From: Amoebophrya sp. A120
Taxonomy: Eukaryota > Protista > Dinoflagellata
DNA length: 64,000 nt
NCBI GenBank assembly: GCA_905178155.1
Contig: CAJINV010000002.1
Location: 4,465,538-4,529,537, forward strand
Reading direction: 5' to 3'
Below the pieces are notes generated by a model that was given only the letters and a program-made list of their open reading frames with translations, ran no database searches and was not told where the DNA came from. Below, one piece after another: positions 27,163 to 38,500 of the stretch; the first letter of the stretch is position 1, and each line of letters opens with the position of its first letter. The translations under genes were made by a program, and so were the position numbers.

Positions 27163-28595
27163 GTAAGCGCCACGGCCACTCACGGCGGCGTGCGATTGAA
27201 GTATTATTAGGTTATGTACGGACAACATTTGAATGATGAGTTTGAATTTTGTATTAAGTGTTTTTATTTCATCTGTATGATTTCTTTTGTAAAGGCAAGC
27301 TACACAAGTTTTGTGTCCTCTTCGAGGAAGTAAAGAGGAGCACGCCAAAGCATTCAAGCCTTATCGTGGACAGTAAAATTCTAAATCCGAGCTATCTTCG
27401 CTATTGCCGTTTTTTTATGAATTTAAACAACACACTTTTATGTTAATGTTTACAGCACGCATGACGCTGTACTTGTCACGAGCGGACCGCATGTTTTTTC
27501 AGTTTTAACAAGCAACACAATTACAACCAGTATCGAAACCTCCGATGAATTACAGAACTTCATATCGAAATCGAGCATATTTTCAACATAATTACCGTTA
27601 CGAGCATTCATTTTTGGTCTTGTCAAGAATCTTGACAGGACGCACTGATTTGTTTTCAAAAACTTACCATATAGGGAGGTCTCGCAGGGGGCCGTACCAA
27701 AAATATTATACTTCTGTAGAAATACCGTCTGGATCTGGTTTATTGCAATGTAGTAGGAGGTTCACAAAAAATCATCTACAACCAGGTCGAGAGGTCAGAA
27801 TTGTCACAAGCGGAAAAAGTAATAAAAACTCAAAATTTCACTTTTACCCGAAATAACGCACGTCTGGCACACTGTAAAAAATCTGGCTACAACGCTCCGA
27901 CGGCGGATTTGATTGAAATTTCCCGCAAGGTCGAAAGATGAACCTGCACTTCTGATGAAAAAAATATAAAAAACAAAACGCCGGTGCCCGGAGCTGACAA
28001 GGCTACTTTAACAGACGACCCCGTGAGCAGGATATGTTGATCAGGTCTGTGTAAATCTCACGGATGATAAATTTGTTCCGCACTGGAGCTGTGGATGTGG
28101 TGATGATTGCGTTGCAGTTGCTTCACAGCACTGTGTGCTGTTGTCTACGTCTAGTGAATTACTTTCCGACATTTCTTCAATCCCAGCAACACAGCGACCA
28201 AGCAATAGTACTGCCAATGTGAATGTCTTGATGAGCGACGTAATTAAGGGGGTAGAAGATTGAGCAGGCACCATATTTGTGCACGACACGGAAAGTACCG
28301 CCGTAAAAATGCACGATACAGTAGCTAAAGTAATTCTACCATCTGGAAATTGAGTGTTGTGGTAGCAGCTGTTGAGTAAAGTCTTTTTTTCATACGTCAT
28401 GTTCAGTAGCCCCATTCTTTGCACAAGAATATCAGTGATCTTAAGTAAACCGTTGTGGTTGCTCCATGAAGGAGAGCCATCGGCAGATACCGAAAAGAAC
28501 GACATCACACCACCTAGGTTTGTTGACGAAAATTGCAAGAACGGGCGTTATTCGCCAAAAGTCTCAACAGTCATAAAAAAGAGAAAATCAAGTAA

Positions 28596-31500
28596 ATGGG
28601 TAGTCACGAGCACTCGCACGGCGAGAAATCCGCCCACGCGCACGTGCACGGTTATTTCGCCAAGCAGGGTTTCGGGCACAACCACAACGCAGCCGGGAAG
28701 ACCAAGCATAAAGACGGCGCAGGGATAAACAACAGGGATTTGACCGAGCAATTGCTGGAAGTGGAGGAGATTGAAGATTTAACGCAAGATAATGTACAAC
28801 TTCCATCTCCGACCACTGCAACAAAACAGAAACACGATCATGGGCACAGCCATGGTCAGCACAAGAAGCCGGGGCACAGTCACAGCCACGGGGAAGCAGG
28901 TGCCGACAAAAAGATGCCAGAACTGGTCTTAGTTCCGGTCGTGAATAAACCCGCGCCGGTAGCTACCTGGCCTGCAGATTCCACTGCAAACGATCACCAC
29001 GCACACAGCAACCCCAGCGATCTCTCTTCAGAGGAAAAAGACGAAGCGAAACGACTCCGACTGTCCATTGGCTTCTATCACAGGAAAAAGTGTTAACGTT
29101 AACGGTTTTCACAGATTGCAGTCATGCATCACAAATGTAGCCCAATATGCATGCTATGCATGACAAATTCTGACACGTCTTGCGATGCATTTCTGCATCA
29201 CAAATTCCGTTAACGTTAACACTTTTTCTTGTGATAGCTTCGCGCTCTTCTTCATGCTGTGTGAATTGTTCGGTGGGTACATCGCGAACTCCGTGGCGAT
29301 CATGACCGACGCGGCACACTTACTAGCCGATGTTGGTGGGTTGTTTGTCTCGTTGATGGCGGTTTCTTGGACGAGTAGGATTGCAACAGAGGAGTACACC
29401 TATGGATACCACCAAGCGGAAATCGTCGGGGCGTTTTTGTCCATCGCAATGGTCTGGATTTTAACCGGCGGGCTGATTGTCGAAGCGTGGGAAAGGTATT
29501 TATTATGTATTAAACGATGATGTTGATGTTCGGTGAGAACGATGTAGTTGACGCGCACTACCATTTCTTGCAACATATTTGTATGGAGGAAACAACGCTC
29601 GAAGTCACAGCGTGGAGATGAAATATTTTGGATGAGCAGTCAATGATTGAAGATTCATCTGGAAACACCATCAACACGACAGGATACAAAATCCAGCGGA
29701 AATTCGTGGCGATTTGATGTTTGGAATAGCAACGCTTGGCCTGATAGTCAATCTGATTCTCTTCAAACTCCTCGGTCACAACCACGGCCACGGCGGGGGC
29801 CATGGACATTCTCATGGCGGTTCTGCGCACGGACACGCTTGTGCTGCGTCGTCCCATGGACACTCGCATGGCAAATCATCTTCACATGGACACTCACACG
29901 AGGCAGCAGGACATGGACATTCGCACGGGAAAAAAAAGGCGGAGTCCGACCATGGTGATCATGACTGTTGCGGCCACGATCACGGTGGAGGCGACCACGA
30001 TCATGGTCATTCACACGGCGCCGGGGGACACGGTCACTCGCACGGTAGTCACGGAAATAATCACGGACATTCTCACTCATCCCACTCACATGGCGACAAA
30101 AAACATCACGCCCATCACGAAGACGACCACGATTTAGAAAAAGGCCCATTAACGGACTATTTGAAGAAAGATGGGGGTAAACGTAAACAACACGCCACTC
30201 AGGCCGGCGCATCCGCAGGTACTTCTAGTAAAAAAACTACCGCGAGAACTATTACAACTACAACTTCTTCCCCTTACAACTACTGTACTCATCAAAACAA
30301 CACTGCTTTTACAACGGCGCGGCAGTGGCAAAAAGCGAGCGCGCGGTGGCCTCTGGCAAGCGCTCTCTGGCAAGCAAGGCAGGTCGCGAGGTTCTGTGCG
30401 AAAGGAAGTGGAGGCTAGTTCGCTAGGGCGCCCGACTGCTGCTGCTGTTCTTGCGCCGCTGCGCCCAGGATCGTGCGGGATGAAATAGGATGGTGGACAG
30501 GGAAATTATGGGCATGAGGAAACTGGCCGACAAAAAGCTCCTGCAGCGAAGATGTCACTGGCATCATGCAAACCCTGCTGGCTAGCGCGACGTCTACGGA
30601 AAAAATCGTCCCGCTGCCGCCGCTGCTGCTGCTGCGCCCTAAGTAAAAGTAGCGCTTTTTCCCTCCCGTCAAATGTAAAACTACATCGTTTCTACACGTG
30701 CATGTCTCGAAAAAAACATGCTTTATTGATCAAAAATCGTCAAACTCAACCTAAAATCAAACACTAAGGAGGGGCTGAATCGGTGGAGCTTGTGGCAACT
30801 GGCAATAGTACCAAGCACGGGCAACATGAACATGGACACTCCCACGGAGGAGGACCATCCGCTGCGCACAAGCACGACCATGGCCACAGTCACAGTCACG
30901 GTCACCACGGGCATCATCACAGCGACCACGGCCATTCCCACGGAACTACTCCTGCTGCACCTCCCGCCCCGGCAAGCTCCTCTGCAGAAGAGACTTTCTT
31001 CTCTTCCTCTTCCTCCTCCAAAGCGACAAACAACGACCACGGCCACAGTCACGGCGCCCATAACCACCACAAGAACTCCTCCGACGAGCACGACGAAGTT
31101 GACGAGCCAATCGACCACGAGGCCCAGTATCAACTGCAAGTATGTCTAAGTAGGTCTGGAAGGATGCAACGTTTGTCATGCTTGTCTGGCATGACTGAAG
31201 AGTTTGTGACGCGTGTCCAACAAGAGTAGAGATAGACCCTTTCTCTTGTGATGAAAAAACGCAGCCTGTGCTGCGGAAAGCGCAACACTGACCCGCGCAA
31301 ATATTTCTCATGCGTGACTCTGCATTACAGAGCATTCACCATTCACGACTCAGCATTACAGGTTTCCAGACCCAGACATATTTGCAATCCATACCCAGCA
31401 GTCCCTAGCCATGCGAGCGGCGTTCATCCACGTAATAGGAGACTTAATCCAGTCCGTCGGGGTCATCATCGCGGGGGCGTTGATCTACTTGAAGCCGATC

Positions 31501-32699
31501 AACATCGGCTACACGGAATATGACAGTGCACAACTCCCCCTCGTTCTCATTTCTCATGCAAAATCGACAATTCCAGCGGGTGCAGCCTTGTATCACTGTT
31601 ATGCATGACAAATTGTTCCGGAAGCTGATGAAACAGTACTACTACGCTAGGCTAGGCTAAGGAACTTGTCATGCACTGGCTCCACGTGTGGTGGTGTTTG
31701 TATTGCTGTTCATGCCATAGTACAAATGAGGGGGAGAGGAGGCAGTTGTGCACTTTTATACGGAAAACGGGGTGTCGAATTGGAACTACGCCGACCCAAT
31801 GTGCACATTCCTCTTCGCGGTTTTGGTTTTATTAACCACGATACGTATTGCAAAAATATCGTACTAGTATAAATTGCATTACAAATTTTGGCAAGAAGGA
31901 AAGTGGAATTTGTAATGCTGTTTGCCTTGGGAAAAAAAATTGTCATGCATATTTGCAATTAGTACGAATACGATACTTTTGCACAGGATACACGAAAGAC
32001 ACGGCGGTGGGGATTCTCGACTCGGTGATGATGAAGTCACCGGCAAATCTCTCCACGAAGAAGGTGAAAAGAGCGCTGGAGCAAGCGTCGAAACACGTTT
32101 CCTGTATTCACGACGTGCACCTTATCCACAGAAAAAAACACGACCCATCCCCATCCAATTTGTGATGCAAAACACGAATAGAGTCCTTCTCCTTTGTTTG
32201 TCATACAGAAAATGGATGGCGGTGGATTTATTTTTTCTGTGGATACACATCTGGTCTGTCGGAACGATGCCGTGTTTCACCTGTCATGCGGTGGTGGAGT
32301 CTGGGGATTACTGTGGAGAGGTGTTGCGGGATTTAACCAACATGCTGGAGGAGAAATTCGGGATTTATGCATTGCAAAAGTATCGTACTAAGTAGTAGTA
32401 ATCGCGTTACAAATTCACTCAGCATGGTGCCAAAGAAATAGAATTTGTCATGATGTTTTACCTTAAGAAGAAGATCTGTCATGATGCATAATTGCAATTA
32501 CTACGAATGCGATTATACTTTTGCAATGCATAGGATTGAGCACACGACGATTCAGCTGGAAGTCGAGGGGGAATTTGACCACACACAGGAGAAGTACGGG
32601 GGAATACACGGGCAAACGGACTTCCACACGAATGAGTGCTGCCGGTTGAGCTCGCCAAGCGGGTCGGTCAAGGTTTCCTCGTCGCCGGTGGAAGTGTAG
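28596..32699 (+). CDS. Cation diffusion facilitator (ZnT/SLC30-type) zinc transporter, His-rich
   Basis: After splicing 6 introners and GT-AG introns 29496-29652 and 30177-30768, the motifs are [60 protein letters not shown] and HTTIQLE. Confidence 0.92.
29076..29236. mobile_element. Introner family C
   Basis: Near-perfect 30-bp TIR; DR GCTTC. Confidence 0.93.
31128..31393. mobile_element. Introner family B
   Basis: Family B TIR; DR CCCAG. Confidence 0.9.
31519..31760. mobile_element. Introner family K (single copy here)
   Basis: TIR TAT.A.AGTGCACAACT; DR CGGAA. Confidence 0.88.
31842..31990. mobile_element. Introner family A
   Basis: Left end TAC; DR CACGA. Confidence 0.9.
32123..32245. 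mobile_element. Introner family I
   Basis: TIR TATCCACAGAAAAAA; DR CACCT/CACAT. Confidence 0.9.
32366..32532. mobile_element. Introner family A
   Basis: Family A TIR; DR GGATT. Confidence 0.9.
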
Positions 32700-35572
32700 T
32701 TTGGAACGACGACGACAACGAGGAGCTTCCGGATAAGTCGACAGAAAGAGGGGCGGCGCGAAGTAGACGGTGGTATTGCAGAGGAAGCAGATAACTACAG
32801 ATGAAGATTCTCATTCTTGTTATCATCGAGAGTGATTCGTTCAAAGTGGTAGTGGTTGTTTGACTTGTTCACACGAAATAGCAGTACTTACGTAGGAAAC
32901 ATGAGGAGCAGCTGTACTTTTATTACAAAAGCAGCAGGACTACAAACAGTAACAGTTTGAGTTTTGGTTTTCCAACTTCTAAAACGAAAAATTACGCTTT
33001 TATGTTTCTTGAGTGGTTATTTTGGTTTTCGTTTTTCAAAAGAATTCAGACACAGACGCACTGTAAAACTTTTGATGAAGAACCTCGATGGTTTCATTCA
33101 CTTATTCGAATCTGACGCGAACAAGTGAAAATGGAAAATCTTCTCAGCCCTGAGGCCGGACCCTTAACTGTGACACAGCAAAGAGTCAGCACGTATGTGC
33201 TAGTTTGCGAGAAGAAGTGACCGATGGGCACGATAAGCCGTTCTTCAATCTGGCGCCAGCATTTATTCCCGGACACAACTACAACAAACAAGATAAGAAA
33301 GGCGCGTAGTACGCAGATAAAGGCTCAACCGGCCGTGCTGTCGCAGTGGTTGCTTTCCGAAGAAGTAGTCGGATGTTCGTTCTTGGATTAGATCCGGAAA
33401 TATTATATTCTTTTGTCGTGATCATTCTTTGTAGCTCCGCCGCAACGTGTCGCCATAAATCGAGCCACCGTCGAGGTTCCGAAGGTGGGCGAGGGCGTTG
33501 ACCCCCCCGCGGCCCCGGGCGTAGCGCAGCGGGCCGTAGCGAGCGGCAGGGATGTCGGTGTGCAACACCTCGGGGGAATGGGGTGCTCTGGCCTACCCCG
33601 GCGAAAGCGTCGCGCCGGTCTGAGATATGCGAGCGACCGAGCGCTAGGCTTTTGCCGCTTCCTCGCATTCGTTGGCACGAGCATCGCCATGCGCCCCGCG
33701 CCTGCGTGTATTCATGGGGGGGGGGCGCATATTGGCCGGAACCCGGGGGCGAGCAATCAGCGCAGCCAAGACGGTGGGGAGCGCGATGGAAGCGTTTGCC
33801 GGTTTGGCATTTCAGGCGACCAGGGTCGGCGCCGCCCGCGCGGGGGGCCGGCCGGGATCGACCCGCCCGAGGCCCGCCGGCGACGCGTGTCTCTCTCTGC
33901 CCCTGGGTGGTTCGTTGGGCCCGGGGCCTTGTGGTTGTTCCGCCTGGTTCCAAAGCCCGGGCGGCCGCGCCCTCGGCCGGATCTGGGGTTGGTATGTAGG
34001 CAACCAACGAACCCCCCACCGGGGCCGGCCGGCCCGGGCCGGCAGAGCCGGCAGGGCTGGCTCGCTGCAACTGGGGGGGGGGGCGGGCGGTTCCGCGCCG
34101 CCCGGCCCCGGGGGCGGGCCTGCCGGCCTGCGCCCGCTCTGGAAGCCCAGGCAGCGTCGCAGCGGGGCCCGCGCGCGCCCGCAGTTTGTTTGTCGTCGGG
34201 GGGGCGGGGCGCCCGCCACCCTCCATTCAGCGAAGGTTGGTAGGCGGCGCGCGCGGGGCTGGCGTTCCGTCTCCGAATATATAACGATATCAAAGACGCT
34301 GACGCCGGGGAAGATTTGCTGAATTGCTAAAACGGCCTCGCAGTTTCGGCGTTTGACCGACAGGCGTCTGCGGGTGTGTTTCGCGAGCTCCTTCAGAAGT
34401 CCGACGCGTTCCTGTTTGTCTGGCAAGGCGCGCCGCGCCTTCTGAGCAGCATGCGTGGGGGGTTGGCAGGCGCCCGATGGGCCGCCGGCCCGAGCCGGGC
34501 GAGAGAGCGGGCGCGTGGTGGATTCATTGCCCCCGCGGTGCTGCCTGCAGTGCAGGCCCCCCGCCCCCTCCCGCGCGCCCGCTTGCCTGGCGGCCTTGGT
34601 GCCCGCCGCCCGCCCCCCCCGCCCCTTTTGGCAGGCGCCCGCCATTCTGCCCGGGCCGGGTCGTCGGCTTCGTTTGTATGTTGGTTGGCGTGCAAAGTCC
34701 TCTGCTTTTTGTTCGGCGGGCTACCAAGGGCGCTGGGCAGAGAAGTAGCTGGCGCGGCCGGTGTTTCGTGTTGCCGCGGTCTCTCTAGCGTATTGGCATG
34801 CCCACCAACACGCCGTGGGCTGCGCCTGTGTTAGATTAAAGCAGCCAGTACACCAATCCGGGGGTTGGAATGGGGTAGCGCCGCCCTCGTCGTTTGCTCC
34901 TAGTGTGCGTGGTTGCCAGCGAGGCAGGTTTCGCTTGCAGGCCCTTCCCGTCCTGAGTGCCCCGGTGTCGGCTTGCCTGCGTGAAGGCAAATCTTAGCTT
35001 GCCGCCCGGACGAGGGTGGCGAGCTCATCGACCCTATGAGCAGCAGTGGCAGCAGCTATGAGTCGCAAGAAAAGCTTGGCGCACCCAGCACATGCAATGC
35101 CCCGCACTTCTGGCTCTTGTGTGATCGATGTGGCGTGTTCTGTTTGGTCGGTCGGAAATCGGCAGTCAGCGGCGCTTCCGATGGGTGTGTGCGCTGGAGA
35201 GAACCCTTGCCCAATCTCAGTTTGTAGTGGTATGCTTTTGGAATTCGCCTAATTAGTGAGCAGTTTTTTAGGGCGGTACTGGCAAGTGCGCGAGCTGCTC
35301 GGCATGCAAAGTAGTCGCCGAGGACCGTGCTCGTCTATAGTACTACCAGCGAGGAGGAATATCGAATCCCCGCCAAAATGCAAGCGCGAGCGAAGATGTA
35401 GCAAAAATTCAAGCAAAAAAATTTGAAGTTTGAGCGAAGCATCAGCGGAAAGAAAATTTCCCACAGCTAGCGCTCAAAGTAGACCACCCGTCTCGTCACC
35501 AGCTTTGCTAGTAAGCTGTGGTCTGGGAAGATTTTCGTGCTGGAAAACCGGTTCTTCTAAAACATCATCACC

Positions 35573-38500
35573 ATGAACTTCTTCGAGTCTCTCGGCGAGT
35601 CACTGCAGCTGACCCACGCGGTGAAGCGTGAAGACCTGCGCCCGGGCGACCACATTTACGTCTACCGGATGATGTTCACCTACAGCCGTATGCAAGGCAA
35701 ATTTCCTTTACACGACGTTCGATATGCATCACACATTTCGCCACTTGAGAGCTGCATGTTGCGACTTGTCATGCTGAAAAGGATTAGCTTTAGTGTAGCC
35801 ACGAAAAGGTTTGTCATGCAGCAGATGCCGCAAATGTTGTGCGTGTATAAGGAAATAATTTGCTTTCGATAAGCCACCACGGCATCGTAGTCGCAGTTGT
35901 TCAACAGCAACAGGTATCAAATGTAAAAATGTCTGGGTCTGGAATGTTGGAACTTGTAATGCTAACTTTGGACTCTAGAAAAATCTGTATTGCATGACCA
36001 GCAAGAGGAGTCCAGTTTTTGCTACGCGGGGAGGCCATTTGTCATGCGGAATACGCATCAAGAAGCACTCAGAAAACCAGTGATGCCTGGGAATACATCA
36101 CAGACGTCACAGGCCATGTAAAAATCTGCATGACAAGTTCGCATCCTTCCAGACCCAGACATTTTTACAGTTGATAACAGGAGGAACAAGGCGCGCCTCC
36201 GCCTGAAGCTGACGTTGGTGTTGATGCCAGATCAACATCATCTACTTCTGCAACCGCCGCCGTGTCTGCGTCGGCTAAACAAACGAGACCTGAAGTGTAC
36301 GTGGTCCATTTCAGCTATAAAGTGCAAAAGTGTCTGGGTCTGGAAGATTGCCAGGTTTGTCATGCATATTTTGCATGATCCATGTCGTCTGGAATGCAGG
36401 ACCTAGCATGACAGATTCTGTGAGATCCCTATCATGCCTATCCTGCTTGAGAAACTTCCTCTCAACTTGGTCAATAGTGGACGACTTTTGGCATTCATGC
36501 AACACAGATTTTTGCACGATCCAGAATTAGCGTTACAAGTTCCAACCTTCAGACCCAGACATATTTGCAATGCATATCAGCATGGACGGTGTAAAGCTGG
36601 ACACGCTGAAAGACTTCATTTGCGGCGGATTGTTTTACAGCGGAAACAGCGAGGGTACAACTTCATCGGCCACGAAGATAAACAAAAAGAAGGAGAAGAA
36701 GAGAAAAAAAGCGGCAGCGCTTCGGGCGGTCAATAGCTCTCCGGAGTTGATGTCGCCTACTTCCGCATCTTCATCGAGACATGTGGAGGCAGTTGCAGGG
36801 CCAACTGGTCGTAGCGCAGGAGGAGGAGCGGCGAAAGAAGCAGATGTCGTACCAGCGTCAGATGAGAATCAATCAGATCAACAAGACCTGCTTCAAAACA
36901 CCGACGAGTTCGCGGACCACAATTTGATCGACGAGGTTCTGATCGGCACTACCATTCGTCGTGTGAAATACAATATGCAGTGCAAAAGTATCGTACTCGT
37001 ATAAAGGCATTACAAATCTCCTCAGCATGAGAAATAAAATTTGTAATGCTGATTTGCCGTGAGAAGAAGATTTGTAATGCATGATTGCAAGAATACGAGT
37101 GCGATACTTTAACTTTTGCACAGGATACACAACGCCGGTACCATCGAATCCTTCATGAAGCGTATGGGTGTGTCAGAATCGAAATTGAGAAAGTTGAAAT
37201 GATAATGATTTGTAATGCATAAAATGCATAGCGCGAAATACGTGTGTTGCAGGGCAGGCAAGCGAGGCCGATTGTGAGCCTGTTTGGGGTTAGAGCTCGA
37301 GCTGCTAGAGTAGCATGAGAGAATCTGTCTTCTGTGCCTCAACAGCATTACAAACTGGATTTCGGCACCACCAAAATTTGTCTTGCGCCACTTAGCAACT
37401 GGGTTCCAACTGGCATCCATTTTATGCATGACAACTTTGTCGATTTCAAACCTGACGCTTCCATAAAGCGCTCCGGCACAGTTTCCGACAGAAAAAGGTC
37501 CCCGTGGTTCGTCACTGTTTTACGGGCGGTAAGCATGGTCGAGGTGACACCGGAGATGAAGGAGTTAGAGTACGATTTTTTGGAAAAAAACTGCGAGTTG
37601 TTTTGCGAATATTGTTATCCTGTGCAAAAGTATCGTACTCGTACTGCAATAATGCATCGCAAATCTTTCTCTTCAGGGAAATCAGCATTACAAATTTTAT
37701 CCCACATGCTGCGGAAATTTGTAATGCATTTATACGAGTACGATACTTCTGCAATTCATAACTGTGCCTGCGGGCCGCCTGAAAATGCCGTGGTGGAGGA
37801 GGAAGATATGCCGGAAGGTGGGTTATATGCATTGCAAGTGTACTATCGCACTCGTACTAATTGCAACTGTGCACGACAAATCTTGTCCTTAAGGTAAAAC
37901 AGCATGACAAAGTCCAGTTCTCATGCTGAGAAAATTTGTAGTGCATTTATACGGGTGCGATACTTTTGCAGAGAATAGGTTGAGGAGCAGGTTAGAGGAG
38001 GTGATGGAAAAAGACCATCAAAGTGGCGAAGGCGATCGCGACAGTGACTGTTTGCAGCCTGGTTGTACTAGCAGTCACATCACGCCGAGATCAAACGCCG
38101 TGGACAACATGAAGAATATGCCCCAGTCCTTAGTGCCCGTGGGCACAACCGGTCCGCTCATGTTGCTCTCCGCAAATGGGGAAGATACGAGTGGTACTAC
38201 CAGCACCGCTAATGCAGGCGGGATTGAGGCGCTGGCAAACAATAATTCCGAAGTAGGAGCTCTACCAGATGCAGAAGCAACTGCCGGTGCGAGGACCCAG
38301 CCAACTACCGAAACATCAACCTCTAGCACAGCGACATCCACCGCCAGACGATCCGGGCCTCTGTTCAATTTCGCGGCGGGCTACGAGATGCTGTTTTCAT
38401 CTTCAAAAAACAAAGATGCCGAAAACAAAAACGAAGAGGAGACTCTCGCGGGAAAGAACTACAAAGATGCAGACGCAGGTCCTCTGCCGTCACAAAAGAA

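Noticed and set aside
33279-34997. Overlapping 100-315-aa ORFs on both strands
   Set aside because: Expected in very GC-rich DNA; R/G/P/A-rich with no domains and no introners.
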